A stretch of DNA of 64,000 nt from Hamiltosporidium tvaerminnensis FI-OER-3-3 (Eukaryota > Fungi > Microsporidia): contig JAKIMF020000001.1 in assembly GCA_022605425.2 (NCBI GenBank), forward strand, positions 992,001 to 1,056,000, in the 5' to 3' direction. The notes beneath the pieces were generated by a model. It was not told where the DNA came from. It made no database searches and saw nothing but the letters and a program-made list of their open reading frames with translations. Position numbers and translations under genes: made by a program. Positions within the stretch are counted from its first letter, which is position 1. Each line of letters starts with the position of its first letter. Shown one piece after another: positions 46,001-60,652 of this stretch.

Positions 46001-46146
46001 AATAAATGGCATTTAACTAAATAATAATTTTATTAAAACCGAAACTCATTTAAAAGTGTAGGTTTTTGAGGAAATTTCTACCATAAAAGTACTTTTTACC
46101 ACAGAAAAGACTTAATATTATTTTATTTTCTAAATTTTATACTATT

Positions 46147-46870
46147 GGTGGTTGGTGGAAGGATAACTACAATAAAAACTTTCTGCTTGGCAATGAGTAT
46201 GTGAAACTTGTGTAAAAATTATTGATTGGATTTTTGGTGGGAATAAAACTGCACTGGATTTTCGGTTGTTCTATGTGATTTGTAAGTGATGAAGAAGGTC
46301 TACGAAATAGCGAAACTTTTTCTACAAATTTATTTGTAGTTTTTTATGTAACTAGATTGTAAACAGTATGAATTTGTAGGCAATTGCCATTTAAAAGCAT
46401 GGAAACACTTGCCTTGATCATTCGGGTTGGAAAACTAGGTGCCTAGAAGAGAAAAAAAATAAAACTTATTTTCGTGGGGAAGCTAAGTTCCAGATTATAT
46501 CCCGTGAGTATGACACTGGAACGTCTATGCAAACGATATAAACCGCCAAGATATATCTCGTTAAAAATTTATTTGGTTTGAAAGTGTAGAGTAAATGGGA
46601 ACGCAATAGGTTTTGGAGGCCCAGGGTGGGTTTCATTTGCGATCAAACACCATGTAACTGGACATATACGAACTCCGGGCAACTGTATCGCCTATTAATT
46701 AGGTTCTACACAACTCGTAGATTAAAGTCTTTGGGACGAGGTATCGCGAGGAGCACTGATAAAGCGAAAGGTAGCAGTTATTATGTTAAGCTCATACCGG
46801 CGTTAATGTCATGAAAACAAATATAAAACTTTCCACTGTTTTAAAAAGATGCTATGTTGTTAGATAAAGG
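46147..46870 (+). mobile_element. Copy of the ~740-nt retroposon, opposite orientation
   Basis: Reverse-complement colinear with 15664-16406 (TCTACAAATTTATTTGTAG, TTGGGACGAGGTATCGC, CCACTGTTTTAAAAAGAT). Confidence 0.87.
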
Positions 46871-47896
46871 TTTACCTAAGATTTATTCCTATTTATAAAA
46901 ATTTCAAACTATTATAGATTAAATATACAAGAGAAATGATTGTTTTCACATTTAGCAGTCTTTTTGGCCACTGGTGTATAAAATAATCGACATTATATCC
47001 ATTTTCAATGAAGAATAAATCTCATAAATATAATTCTATCATATGTTTTTCTAAAGGACATTTAGTAAAATGAAAGTTATCTGATAAACTTTGCAACAAA
47101 ATGCGCCGAATTTAAATAATTTTTAGCATTTTGATTTATATTTTAATCTCTAATATGCTAGAGGATGTATTAATAGTTTTGGCTTTCTAGATATATAATA
47201 TGTATCTAATGATTAAATTCATACTTTATTTTTATTATAATTTGTTAATTTATTCTTCTATTTATTAGATGTTAGATTGTAGATTTTTTTATATAATTCT
47301 TTTTATAATAAGTTAAAAAGTTTAATTACAAATATAAAAATCTATTGGAGTAGACTATCACAATCAGAATTTATCAAAAAATTATCAAAACCGTTTGTTT
47401 TAACCCTTAAGAAATGTATTTTTTGCACGGATACTAACAGAAACGATCATTAACGTATTTAAACATATTTCAGTAAAAATAAATTAAAAAAAAGATGATT
47501 GTATTTATTTTATAAGTAGAAATTTTTGGATTCAATCGCGTAGTGCAGACAATGTAAAGCATGCCAAAATTTAGCAAAGAAGATTTAAAGGCAGAAACAT
47601 AAGAGAAAAATAAAGTAAAGTATATGATTGATTTACAATACCAAAATATTAAAAACCGCTGAGTTAATATTTTAATATTACACAATCAAAAACTTAAACT
47701 TTAATTAAGCCCTAAATTTGTCATGTAAAATATCGATTCTTCAAAAATCAAAATTAACAGAAAAATATATATTAAATTTAATTGGTTTCTAATTTTATAG
47801 GGAAAAAAATGTCAAAAAGCTTCTGATTGATTGTTCCTTGATTTAAATTATGGAATAAATATACAATTTTAAACAAATTTCAAATTTTTTAGTCCC

Positions 47897-48603
47897 ATGT
47901 CGTATTTCAAAACAAAGAAATTTCAAATTACCGCAACAGTCATCTTTGGTTTGATTATATTGGTACTTATGATGATAGGTATTGGATATATTAAAGTTAG
48001 TCGTATTATAAAGAATTTTGAAAAGGATATTAAGTTGATTTCTGAAAGCAAGGAATTCAAAGAATTTGAAATTATGTTAAAAAGTTATAAATTGACTTTC
48101 TTCCGAAATTTCTGGGAACGGGTTAATTTCTGTGTCCAAAAATTTGACAATTATACTTTTAAATTCTGAAAAAAATGTTTATAAAATATAAAAAATTACA
48201 TTTTGGGACAATTCGTCAAAAATACTATCATATGAAATTATTCTAAATAGATAACTCTAAATTTCCTACAGTGGTAGGTAATATTGGTATTTTTGCTAAA
48301 ATTAGGTCTTTGGTATAAGGTAAACATTCAATCAAAACCACTTACAAAATTTCAAATTTTTTACATAAAAAACTGACAAATTGTCTAAAATCGAACAATT
48401 ATTTCAGCGTTATTATCGACATAACCAATGATAAAAAAGTTCGGCTGAGAATAGTAAAACCTGACGAGTATATGAATATTAAAGCCAAGAAGGTACAATC
48501 CTTCGTTTTTAAACCTTTAAAAATAGGAGATGCCACATTCACTTCCATAGAGCATATTATTTTTATTGCACAAAAGATACGGCAAATTCACCCTGAAAAA
48601 TAA
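47897..48603 (+). pseudogene. Membrane-anchored lineage-specific protein, paralog of 50220, disrupted
   Basis: N-terminal TM followed by RIIKNFEKD; C-terminus FKPLKI..IIFIAQKIR; broken reading frame. Confidence 0.7.
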
Positions 48604-48959
48604 AGAAAAGTTGAAGAAAATGAAGGCGTGGAATACAACGAATAAAGAAGTTAGGTTTTATTTATTTAAATTTTAAGAAAACTTAAATACATAAATTATC
48701 ACTGGAAATTTTAGTTTGACATCACTGGTAGTATATCTGTCAAAAAAGGTATAGAAATTTAATATTTTTTACCTATTAAATAAGTATAAGGAGAATAGTT
48801 GCAAGTAAAGAATCAAAACAATATATAATATCACTTGGTAGCTGCTCCTAAATCTCTTTGATTTGTATTTTCTTCATATATTTATTTGATAGAATTTTAT
48901 ATTTAAAATTGTAATTTGTTTGCAAAATCAGTTTATTTTATGTCTTTTTATACCCAATT

Positions 48960-49290
48960 AGAGACCTAATATACTAGTATTTGTTAAACTGATACCTTCT
49001 ATCTGGTTATCAGGTATGAAAATGGTATATATAGTTTGGTTGTGTTCTATGGTTGGTGTAATACGATTTGGATGTTCTTTCCCAGCTCTCATCTGCATTT
49101 GGTTCTGATCAAGTTCTCTTCGTCGATTAAAGAAACTTGTTTCGACATTCTTCTGGTACACCATCTTCTGAATTATGTAGTTACATTCATGAGTATTTGA
49201 AGTCTTTTAAGGTATATCTTCTGCTATTTTGTCACAATATCATCACAGGTTATCAGATAAGGAATTATCTCAACACTACACATATAAATA
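48960..49290 (-). mobile_element. Degraded R4 LINE 3' fragment
   Basis: Reverse complement contains GTCGAAACAAGTTTCTTTAATCGACGAAGAG, matching 25200-25230. Confidence 0.7.
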
Positions 49291-50219
49291 AACACCAATT
49301 CCTTGAAAAATATTATTTTTTATGATTTATGTAAAATATTAGGAATATTTAAACTATTCGAGAAATTAAAAAATAATTTTAAAGTAGCAGCATGAAATGT
49401 TTGTTGGATTATTTAAGTGTAATATTTCCCAGGATAGAATAATTGTGTCATGCCTTTATGATTGTAGCATTCACTTTATATTATATCCATACAATTATTT
49501 TATTCAAAACTCATGATTATAGTATAATTTCTTTGTTTCTACTACCATTCTCTCAGATTGTAATTTCTTAATTAATACTAGGGGTTATCGAAATCCTTTA
49601 TTATTTTGTTGTTTGAATTAAATTGTATTTTGAACAAATATCACAAGATATAGTTTGAAACCTAAAATTAATTTTTAATTAGACAACGTGATCAGAATCA
49701 CAGGAAGACGGTAATGGAAAACAATAAAATTGGAGTTAAATCTGATTTTTTTTACCTCGGATGTTAATAAAAACGACATAGATACATCCATATTGTATTT
49801 AAATATAAGCGAATTATAAAAAATATCACAAATATAGAATGATATTTTTTTGGAAGCAAACTCTGTTGTACAATGTCATTACAGTTCAAGAATAAGAAAT
49901 AGGATTAAGTCTTTGAATAAAACAATAAAGTAAATATAGTATAACATAATTATAGAAATAAAACCAAAGCTTGTAATAGATTAGAAATAGAATAAAAAAG
50001 TTTCGAGGAGCAAATCAATGTTTTTATACTATAAAAAGAAAAATTAAAAGTTTACAGTTTGAAAATTTTTTAAAATGTCATCCATCAATCAAAAATGACA
50101 ACGGTTGATGAAATACATAAGAAAATGATTTTAATTTGACGTGAAAAACTCCGAATAAATTTTAATTGGTGTTTTTTACAATTTAAATTATATTTTTAAA
50201 CAATTCTAAAATTTATTAT

Positions 50220-50954
50220 ATGGCGAACTCAGCTAATTCTAACTCGTTTTTTAAAACAACGGAATTTCAAATTGCAGCAATAGTTATTTTTGCTTTGATT
50301 ATATTGTCATTTATAGTTATAGGTATTGGAATTACTAAAGCGACAAGAATTATAAAGAATTTCGAAAAAGATTTTAGGTTGATCTCTGAAACCGAGGAAT
50401 TTAAAGAATCAGTCATAAAATTAAAAAGATCGAAATTCGCTGCTTTCTCTATTAGCGGAAATAGCCTTAGTATTTTCGATTTTAGAATTTAATAATAGCG
50501 ATATGAAGGTCGAGGAATTTTTTAAGGTTTTAGAACAGGATGAAAAAAATAAAGTTGTATCAGCATTCAGAAGCTTAATTCTACTTAAAAGCTTTCAGGA
50601 CAGATAATTCATTGTTTCTTGAAGTGACAGATAATTGTGGTTTTTTTGCCAAAATTGGATTTTGGTTTAGCAGAAACCACCATACGGTATATGAAATTAA
50701 CAAAATTTCAAAGTTTATTTATAAAGAACAGAAAAAGGCACCTAAAGACGCAAAATATGACAACTATTTTTTTAAATATTCTCATAGATGATAAATTAGA
50801 GGTCTTTGAAAACAAAATGAACTTTTTCCCGGAAAAGCTTGAGAATTTTTCCATGTATTTTGTTTTTGAACCTTTGAAAATAAGACATGACTTATTCAAT
50901 TTATTCGACTTAATCATTTTTATTTCTCAAAAAGTGCGTAAGACAAATAACTGA
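50220..50954 (+). CDS. Membrane-anchored lineage-specific protein with frameshifts (possibly assembly errors)
   Basis: TM helix plus RIIKNFEKDF; can be rejoined by removing about 3 single bases. Confidence 0.6.
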
Positions 50955-51499
50955 AAATATTTATGTGTTTAAAAAATGAAAATATAATTAAAATAGGTTT
51001 TTTCTAAACAATTCGTTTATTTACATATTTTTGATATTTAATACAAATTAAATGTTTAATTTACATAGGCACTTTTTAATAACGTCTAAGGTATATCTAT
51101 TCTGATCCAGAATATATAAAAAGCTAATATCCACTCATAACAAACACGAAGGAAGCCAAAATATTGCTGATATCGAAGTGAACATTTACTTTTGAAATTT
51201 TTAGATGATTGAAAATCGAGTGAGGAAGTAATAACAAGCACAGTACGGGTTTAAAGCTGTAAATGATGATAAAAAGACTTTATTAAAATATAAAATATTC
51301 AATGAATAAATATCTTGAAATAATACCAGAATATGTTTAAATCCCCAAATTAATAACAAAAGATAAGTCAGAAAATTGAATATTAAAATTATAATCTATA
51401 AAAAAATAGTGTACAGGTCTTACTGATTCTTAAAATTTGACAAATAAAGCAAAGATATGACTGCATTATCGAGCAGTTTCTTCTATATCCATAATAGAA

Positions 51500-52150
51500 A
51501 TGTATTCTAATGAACAGAAAGAAAAGAAAAAAGCATGTGGAATTGGGAAAGCCAGTAGATCATTTAGCAAAATATGATAAAAAAATGAACTAATCCTACT
51601 TAATTAAAGACCAAAAGAATAAACCAACCCCGTGCTTATTTTCCATAAATCATAAAAAGTTAAATCTATAAAACGAATTGGAATTCAGGTTGTTTATAAA
51701 ATCCTTGATAACGAATATGTATCAATAGAAATGTCAAAAAGGTAAAAATACTCGCAAGATTATAAAGAATAGACCAGGTATTTTATTCTAAATAGGCAAG
51801 TAAAAGAAATTACATTTCTTGTGATCTGAAGAATTCATAATTCTCGGTTTAACTTGCTTAAATTGAAAATAAAAAAGGAAAACTAAATATTGAATACTTA
51901 TTGAGCTGATTAGGTTTATTTGTTAAGTATTTTTATAATTCTCTTGTGACGACACATGGTGTTCTTTGTAACCAGATACTCTGATATCAAACTTAAAGAG
52001 CTACGAATCTAGTAAGGATCGAGATTTACACTCGGTTAATTGTATTTAAAAATTTCGAGAAATTATTTTTTTCAATCGACAAAAAAAATTAAACCCAAGA
52101 TTAAGTTTCGATAGAAGCTACAAAAGAACATTTATAAATAGAATACATGA
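51500..52150 (+). mobile_element. Highly degraded R4 LINE fragment
   Basis: GTAGATCATTTAGCAA, CCTTGATAACGAATATG, AAGAATAGACCAG match the CCHC/RLE region. Confidence 0.6.
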
Positions 52151-53211
52151 ATTAGAAATGCAGTAACAAGTAGCATCCTTGTTCAAATACTCCTATTAGC
52201 TAGAATTAAGTAAAAATGAATTACCAAAATTATAGAACCTTAAATATTTGTTAAAAGAATTTAAAAGATTCATATAATTAGAATATATAACAATAATGAA
52301 ATACAGAATCAAATTTAAAATAGATAAATTAGGCAAATTTATCCAATTCTAATATATCATCAAATAATTTTACAAAGACGGCGAAGATTCACCTCGAAAT
52401 ATTTAACTGATTTGGAAAATGTAGACTGCAAATAAAATTTTCTGATCAAGAATAAGACTTTTATGGTTTGTTAAAAAATATTAAACGACAATAATAGTAT
52501 GTGGAGATAAAACATGAAACATCTAGAAACGTTTAATGTGTTAAAAGAAATAATAAACTAAATATTTTTAAAAATTATTTATAGATTTAACTCCATCATA
52601 AGAAATGTTGATACAAATTATTTCTCTTTTTCAAAGTCTTAATTTTTAAGCAAGATTCTATGCAATAATATACTTTTTAAAATATTTTTGAGCTTTTTAC
52701 ACTAAAACATAAAAATTTAAAATAATTTCTTCTTCTATCACTTTTTATCTGAGCCATCTATTTATATCCTTTATGCTAGTTTTATAAAAGAATTATTTCT
52801 TGAATTAACACAGGTACTTTTATAGCTGATTAAATCAATTTTTTTTCATAAAATTATCTATAAAGTTATTCAGCTAATGAATTGACTAAGACAGCATATT
52901 CTTTAAAAAAATGGTTTTTTGATGAGGAAAACGCACTTTAATAATAACTTACAACCAAAAAAAGAAAATAGGAATAATATATGACAAACGAGACAGATTT
53001 AATCTAAAATGCCGAGCCAAACCTATGAAAAAATCCAATGCATATTTCTCCGACTCAAAAAAATATATGGAGTAAAAAATTTCTTAAATTTATTAGCTAT
53101 CGCACCAGCCGGCTAAAAATATTGAATGAAGGATTGAAAACTATACGAAAAAATAGACTAATTCTAGACATAAAATTTGAAACAAAAAGATTAAAAAATT
53201 ATGACTTATAA

Positions 53212-53961
53212 AAGGGGCTTTCTAACCAAGACCCGCGAAGGTATTTTATACGACCCACAGAGCAATTTATTCAGTGCTCCGAGATTATTTTTTGTAGATT
53301 AGGTTTTTGGAGTAAGAAAATAAAATAAAAAAAATTAAATAAATAGTATAAAAAAATTACAATTATAGATAATTTTTAGTATAAATTTGGAATACAAAGA
53401 AAATATTTTGTTTTCAGCTTTATAAACCCGTAATCTTAGTTAAATTAGAATATTCAGTAAAAACAACTTGAAATAACAAAAAATCGTGAAATATTTCATT
53501 ATTAATTAGATTACAGTGAAGATTCTTCACCAATAATTTCCTTAATTGTGTTAAGTTTACTAAAGCAAAATATAAATATAAAATCCAGTTGTTTATCTGT
53601 TAATTAAAACTCCAAAAAATTTTTGTGTATTTTTTTCGAAGAATTTTGTTTACTTAGTTAGGTAGGGCCGAAAGCGGAAATAAACCCTCAAGAATTTATT
53701 TATAAGTTTTTAATTATTTGGTAGGCAGAATATTATAAAAATCTAGTAATTAGTTTCTATATTCTTCAATAAAAATATTTTTAAGGTACATTTTAAATTT
53801 TTGAACATGTGTATAACTTTTAACATTTCATCTACAAATCTAATAATAAAGATTGAAAAACAAATTTCATTAATTTGGGAGGAGAGCTTATAAATTTATA
53901 GCCCTCGAAAATTTTCATAGAAGTCAAAATGACCTGCGAGCTCAAATATTTGGCGATCTTG
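53212..53961. mobile_element. Possible old hAT-type non-autonomous element
   Basis: Degenerate CAGGGG-type termini and subterminal GACCCGCG / GCCCTCG / GACCTGCG motifs at both ends; TSD unclear. Confidence 0.35.
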
Positions 53962-54029
53962 CTCTATATGACTTTTTTTTCAATATTTTTAGAAAATGAA
54001 TGGACATATTTAAAAATATTTGGTTATTA

Positions 54030-54745
54030 AAAATTTAATACACATCACATTTCTTAAGAAACTTGCATATGCAATAGTGTTTTCATTATATTTACACTCT
54101 CCCGGATTTAAAATAGATGTATACTTTTCTAGCTCTCTAATCGTATCCCTTGTATATCTACAACTTAAATGTTCACATCCAACACGTGTCCACACTCTAT
54201 TTAATGGGTATGATAGTGGTCTAGAGTTCATTAATGATTGTTGCCTGGATTGGTTAGCAATTCTAAACTAATCCTGAGCTCCAATAGATCCATCACCATT
54301 TCCACTTACTCTAAATTCTTCGACCCAAATAAGCTTGAATTTAAGATATATTTTGGCGAATTTCAAGGGAATATCTAGACGTTGCAATAATATATTAACA
54401 TTTTGGATTGTATTCAGCATTAATAACTTTTTCATGGTATGTTATTTATATCTCCCCGGCACCAGGTCTCCCAAACCGAGTGGGAGGCAATATTTTTGTG
54501 CTATGCATTTTAATTGCTACTAGCTCAACTGTGTTGTTCAAATATATTTGTAAAAAAATATACAAAGTTTTATGTGGAAAATTTTTAACTAGTTTTTACA
54601 ATTTTTTCACCTTATACAAATTTTCATGAAAAAAACCGAAAATTTAGTGAGTTCTAATATTACTAAAAATTCAAACAATGGATTTTAACAAACTTATTCT
54701 TTATGTCAAGCAGATAGCTTTTTATGTGTTTATCCACACACTACA
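54030..54745 (-). mobile_element. Old diverged copy of the ~740-nt retroposon
   Basis: Colinear blocks TTCCACTTACTCTA, TAAGATATATTT, ATATCTCCCC, CCGAGTGGGAGGC, AAGCAGATAGCTTTT. Confidence 0.7.
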
Positions 54746-55189
54746 GAGATTTAAATACCCAAAATACGATTCTGTAAAAATACAATGCTTTAATTTTTTT
54801 TATAATCTGCCATTTATTCTGTAATTTAACACTAAAGTATATTACGGAAAGAGATAAAAATACTAGAAAAATGAAATATTAATTAAGTTATGGGTGGATA
54901 AATGCCCTAAAAACGAGCATAGAGAATCCGAAATACGAAAAAACAGTGTATGCAAAGTTTTAAATTTTAGATACAAAGAAGAATCAATCAAGTCTAAGTA
55001 AATGTTTTCTTAACCTTGATTTATATATGTTTCATCGAGTGAGTAAAGCAAAAACGTAGATAAATTTAAAATTAAAGTTTGTCAATTTGGGTTTCATGGG
55101 ATGCATATATTATTCATCTATAAACCAGATCGAGATATTCATTTTACTTTGTTTGTTTATAAAATTCTTCATATAATTTTTCATCAGCA

Positions 55190-56135
55190 TATTTGAGGAA
55201 ATTTGAAATATTCCGTGGTCTAAGACAAAAGGATACCCTTTCCTATATGGTTTTTAATATCACGCTCGAAAAAATCTATTATAAAGGTGGAAAATGCCTC
55301 GAAATGGTATCTGAACAACAGAGAAGTATACTTTTTAAGATATTCCGATGCAGTTACATGATGGCAAAAAGGAAGACTAACGTCTAGATCATTTTAGAAA
55401 GATCAAACATGAAACACGAAAAGAATGCCTTCGTATTTATAAAATCAAAACAAAATACTTGCTGACTACGAAGAATCAGGAATTTTTTCACCTTACTTTC
55501 AGGTAGATGGAAATCGCCTCGAAAGTATAGCCCCATTTAAATATCTAAGAGTGCTTCTAATGAAAGATAATAACAACAGTGCAGAAATAAAAGAGAGAAA
55601 TAGAGGGGGAATAATGCCTATTTCGGCTTATAAGAAATCCTGGAATTCCGACTTCTAAGCTGAAGAGGCAAGATAGTAATATATAAGACTTTTCTATAAC
55701 TAAATTAATATATGGTTGCGAAAATTGGATATTTACAAAGCATAATTAAGCAATACTTAGCACATGGGAATGAACGATTCTAAGAAGAATACACATACCA
55801 ATAAGAAAACACCAAGGAGTTTGAGGAATTAGTAAAAACATCGAGCTTCAAGACTTGTATTGAAATACAGGGTTTTTGAACTCAGTTAAAAGAACCAGAC
55901 TTCGAAAGCCGGCCATCTTGAACGAATGTCAGAAAACAGAACAGTTAAATATATATATTCAATCCCGATGGTCGAAGGCACCCTGGCCGCCAAAAAGCCA
56001 GATGGCTAGATAATATATAAAAAATCTCGGTTTTCTTGGTATAGACGAATCAAAAAAAGAGACGCTTTAATCGTAACAGACCAAGTTTATAGCAATTGGC
56101 TTAGGACTCTTAATAAGGCCTTGATGCCATTGAGT
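55190..56135 (+). mobile_element. Degraded 5'-truncated RTE-clade LINE
   Basis: GLRQKDTLS..FNITLEK, KTKYL, FKYL, LIYGCENW, ILRRI, GHLERM, PDGRRHPGRQKARWLD across frames. Confidence 0.85.
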
Positions 56136-56199
56136 ATCTAAGTAATATTTCAATAAAATGTAATTTTCTTAGAAAATACTATAAGTTATTTCAATTGTA

Positions 56200-59087
56200 T
56201 TTTAGTGAATAATCAACCGAAAACAATTTGTTCTTTCAGATAGGTGAGATATAAGAAAAACTTTTTTGTATTTGATTCAGAAGTATCTAAATTTAAGTTG
56301 TAAAACTCAAAATTATTTTAAACTTCATCAATTCAAATAAAAACAATTTGTAACTGATTAATAATAGTTTTTGTTCTTTTAACTTTTTCTGTTTTCAAGG
56401 CCTGCCTTAGTTTATTTGGATTTTAAAGAATATGCCGGGCCTTTTATAATAAATTCGAACCGTGTTTTCATTAAAGACATAGTTGGTTTCCATATATAGA
56501 TATTCAGAATAAGTTCGTTATCAAAAATACTTTTTTTATACAAATTTATACTTTTATATTGATTATTAATGACATTTTCTAACTGTACTTTCATTATTCC
56601 ACTGGGTACGTAATTCAAAATTTTTTTTTCACTAGACTTAGAAGATTTAAAGACTATTCCGGATTTTATAGAGTATTTAAATTGCTGCTATTAAAAAAAA
56701 ACATTAAAAAGTGGTCTAAAATTCAAAATAAAAATTTACATATTTATTATATCGCCGTAAAACTCTTCTACTCGTTCGTAAATGCGCTTCACATATTCAT
56801 ACATCCTATTACGTTGGTCCGGAAAACATAAATTTTTAGATTTATAAAAATTCATGTAATGTAATTGAGAAATATACAGTATCCTTAGTCTTCGGTTTTT
56901 ATTATTTTCTATTTTATCATTTTCTAAAAAATTCTTTAAAATAAATATACAAGCGCCTTTAAGCCATGTAATTATCGTTTGGATTAGATATTTGTTAACA
57001 ATATCCCAATTGTTCTTAATTATATTCTCGCTATTTAAATCGCTTTTTTCTAAGAAATATTCAAACTTATCATTGTAAAAATCCGGATAATCTAAATTTT
57101 CTTGTTTAAATACAAAGAGAATAAAGGAAACAAATTCTATCGTTGTTTCACTATCAAAGACAATATTCATTTCTAAAACCATTGAAATATATAAAGGAAT
57201 TTGCAAGCTAAACAACAAATAATCATATCTGTATAATTTGCATATTAAATTGTGAAAACGACAAATATTCAATAATCCATAAAAATTTGCTTTTAGTTCT
57301 TGATTTTTCAAACATCTTAGTGAATTTTCGAACAAATTTCCTACCTAAAATAGCTTTTTAATAGCTTCTAGTCTGAGTAACTTTTTTTCATATTCATTTT
57401 TTATTTGACTTGCGCGTAGATAAAGTTGTTTAAGCTCGATATTATTAAGATAATTGAACAATGCTTTTCCAAGGAAACACATAGAAATAACATGATTTTT
57501 CTTTATACTTGTTTCAATTTTTTCGTTGTATAAATTACAAAATACCAATATTTCATGTACCAATATGGCTTGATCGGGGCTATCAAAAGGGTTCAAAATA
57601 TCTTTTATACCATTTATTTCTAGTATATTTTTTATTATTTCTTGCGTGGACATAGAGTGAAATGATAGTTCTTCAATTTTATTGAAATCCGAACATATAT
57701 TCAGTAAATATTCCGCATTAAAAATGTTTATGTCAATACTTTTTAACTCATCTTCAAATTTGGCTTTTAACTCTTCCTTAGAAAGTATCATTCTTTCGTT
57801 ATTTGAATTCAGGTTTGTAGAATTAGATGGGTAAAAATTCGAAATACCTTTTTTCAAGCTTGAAATGATCAGTCTACCGCATACTTCCATTTCTTTATTT
57901 ATCGATTCTTCGTAAGTCTTAACATCTTTGTATCCCTTAAATAAACATTCAGGAATTAAAGTATTATTTGAAAACATGCCGTCGGAATTCAAGGCATATT
58001 TAAATTGGTTATAATATTGTTTATAATTACATTGAATAGTTCGCAAATTTTTCAGGTTTTTTTCATTTGAATTTCGAAATCTCGTCATACTATATTCTCT
58101 GATAAAATCCTGATATTTTTCAATATATATTGACAATGAATAACCATCAAAACGTAGAGGTAGCAAATCCAAATTATTTGCAGTAGCAACATATTTCTTT
58201 TTCTGGTCTAGCAAGTATTTGATTTGGTTTTCCGAAGTTCTTCTAGGGTTATTCAAGTCAGTATTAATTCGGTTTTCGTCGAAAATATTGTTTTGATTTA
58301 CAATTTCATATTGAACCTTAGCAGATTGAGACATATTTCCAGATTCCTGATTGTTTGAAATTCTCGAATGATCTGTTTCAAAATTAATATAACTATGCGG
58401 TTCTTCATTGTCCGAGATTATAGCGGTAATTGTTCTTTTTATCTCAGAAGGTCGAACATATAGGATTGTTTTCTGATTCTGTCTGTAAAATTTGGCGTTG
58501 TATGCTTACCTATTGCATCTGATGCATCGGTAGCTACTTGACTTTCTCGAATTATCTTCTGGATTAATTCCCTGCTCTGTCGATCCGTCATGAGGTGTAT
58601 AATTTCCATTATAAATCCAAGGTATTAATGTAGCATTCATTCTAGAAGAATGTGATGAAGAAATAAAATTAGAAGAATGCGGGAAAAACATTTGATTCGG
58701 ATTGCAACTTGGCAAATTTACGGGAAAAAAATTTTGATTTTAAAATATGCAATATGGATTTAGCTGCTGAATAATAAAATATTGACTAGAATTGGAATAA
58801 TGCGTCGGAAATGAAAATTGTCTGGCTGGTATAACATATGGTTGAAAACGAGCCGAAATATTTGAAGACGAATGAGCATTTGCACTTACTGTTGGATTAG
58901 GAGTATTGCTATAAATATTTGTAAAATATGGATTGTAAAATACAAAATCGTTCTGTTGTGGATATGTTAGACCAGAACTGGTACTGGTCTCAGTATGATG
59001 TACCTGCTGATATTCATACTAGAGTAAGGCTTTCTCAAAGAATAAAAAAATCAATTCATAGGAAACCTTTATACATATGTCTCTCAT
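56200..59087 (-). pseudogene. Large lineage-specific gene, pseudogenised
   Basis: CCC-preceded ATG at 59087; ORFs 57345..58334, 56736..57335 and 56412..56618 share one frame, separated by in-frame stops. Confidence 0.7.
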
Positions 59088-59833
59088 AACGAGGGTTTCT
59101 TCCCAAATATATTTAGTAGTAAATTGAAAATTTTATAAATATTTTTTGGTTCAAATTTAATTAATCACTAAATAAATCTAGAATAATTCTCCAAAAAAAA
59201 ATTGTCAAAAATAGAAACTCATAAACAAAGGAGTAGAGTTCTGATCAAAAAATATTCTTTAAAAGGTAATTTTTTAATTTTTTTTATATTTATGGTCAAA
59301 TGGTCTAAATATGTTGTCCTCTTAAACAGAAAACAAATTTATGGCTTGAAAAAAATTTAAAAGAGAACAATATTATAAAGATATTTATGTATCTTTAATA
59401 TTTATTGTCGTATTTTAGTCTGTCTCCTCCTCTCAGAAACTAAAAAAATCAATAATAAAATGCCTTCTTCTCGAATTTAAACCAATGCTTCGTTTTATGA
59501 ATAGAGATTTAAAAACTTCTCCTTTTCAATTAAAATTCATATTCAATATGCTCGGTTTTGAAAGAATTTCTTGCTAAAAATGCATGTAATTTTTGTTGTT
59601 ATTTTATTTTTCCCCCTCTATTTTATTTTGTCTCTTTCTTGTTCCTGGATGCCTTTCTTTGTTAAATCGCATTATAAGATTATAAATTTGTTAAAAAAAC
59701 CTTAAAAAAAATATTTTCTAAACCCTGTAATTTAATGTTTACTTATGTAACTTAAACTTTATTTTCTTTATTTTTTTAAATTTTAAGATTTTAAGATTAA
59801 AATAGAAAAGTCTGTCATAAGGAAAAGTAGTAA

Positions 59834-59960
59834 AAACAAAAGAAAGAAAAATCCATAAAAAAATGAAATAAAAGAAAAAAACATTAAAATTAAAATTTTT
59901 TTATTTGGTGATAATTTTTCTTTTATTTCATTTTTTTATGGATTTTTCTTTCTTTTGTTT
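59834..59960. repeat. Perfect 46-bp inverted repeat with a 35-nt spacer
   Basis: 59834-59879 is the exact reverse complement of 59915-59960. Confidence 0.95.
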
Positions 59961-60652
59961 AAACCGGTTTTGGTATTTTTTTTGATTTATTCAATTTTTT
60001 TTTTAGTTTAAAGATGTCTTATTTATTTGAAATTCTTTAATTTATCCCGAAATAATTTTTTACCGCCATCACATCAAAGTCGTTTCCTACCAAAAAAACT
60101 GTAAATACGAATAGTTTTGCCGATCTCATCCGATTTAGCAGATGTGATGATCTGCTGGATTTTACTATTGACCAGGGTAAAATTCAGCAAGGAAGGGACA
60201 TAATGGGGGAGGGATCAATATAAAATTCGACATTTATTTTGCTATTTATCCTCGCTTCTTAAATGTAAATTCCACCATCTGCGTTAATAATATTATTCTA
60301 TATGTTTATTCGATATAGGGAAATATTTTCACGTTCTAGCTGTAGTTTTTTTGGTATTTTTTTTCTATCCAATGCCTGAATGTTTTGAAAACATTTTGCA
60401 TATAAACATAAGTAAGTTTTAATTTTTGTTATAGACCAGTAAATCCCCCGATCTCAAATTGAAACCATTAATAAGATTGGATTTTAAAATTTCAAAACAT
60501 CTTTCATTTTTATACATATTGCTATTCCCATGATCCATGCACTATTCATTTACAGATATTTATACAATTCCTATATAAACACATTCCTTTATGTTGTTTT
60601 ACACACCACGCCCTCTTAACATCTGATTTGTAAAAAATTGATTTATTGAATA

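Noticed and set aside
56050-56135. Decayed RTE LINE as the direct parent of the 235-nt element
   Set aside because: 3' ends only loosely similar; probably a different RTE family
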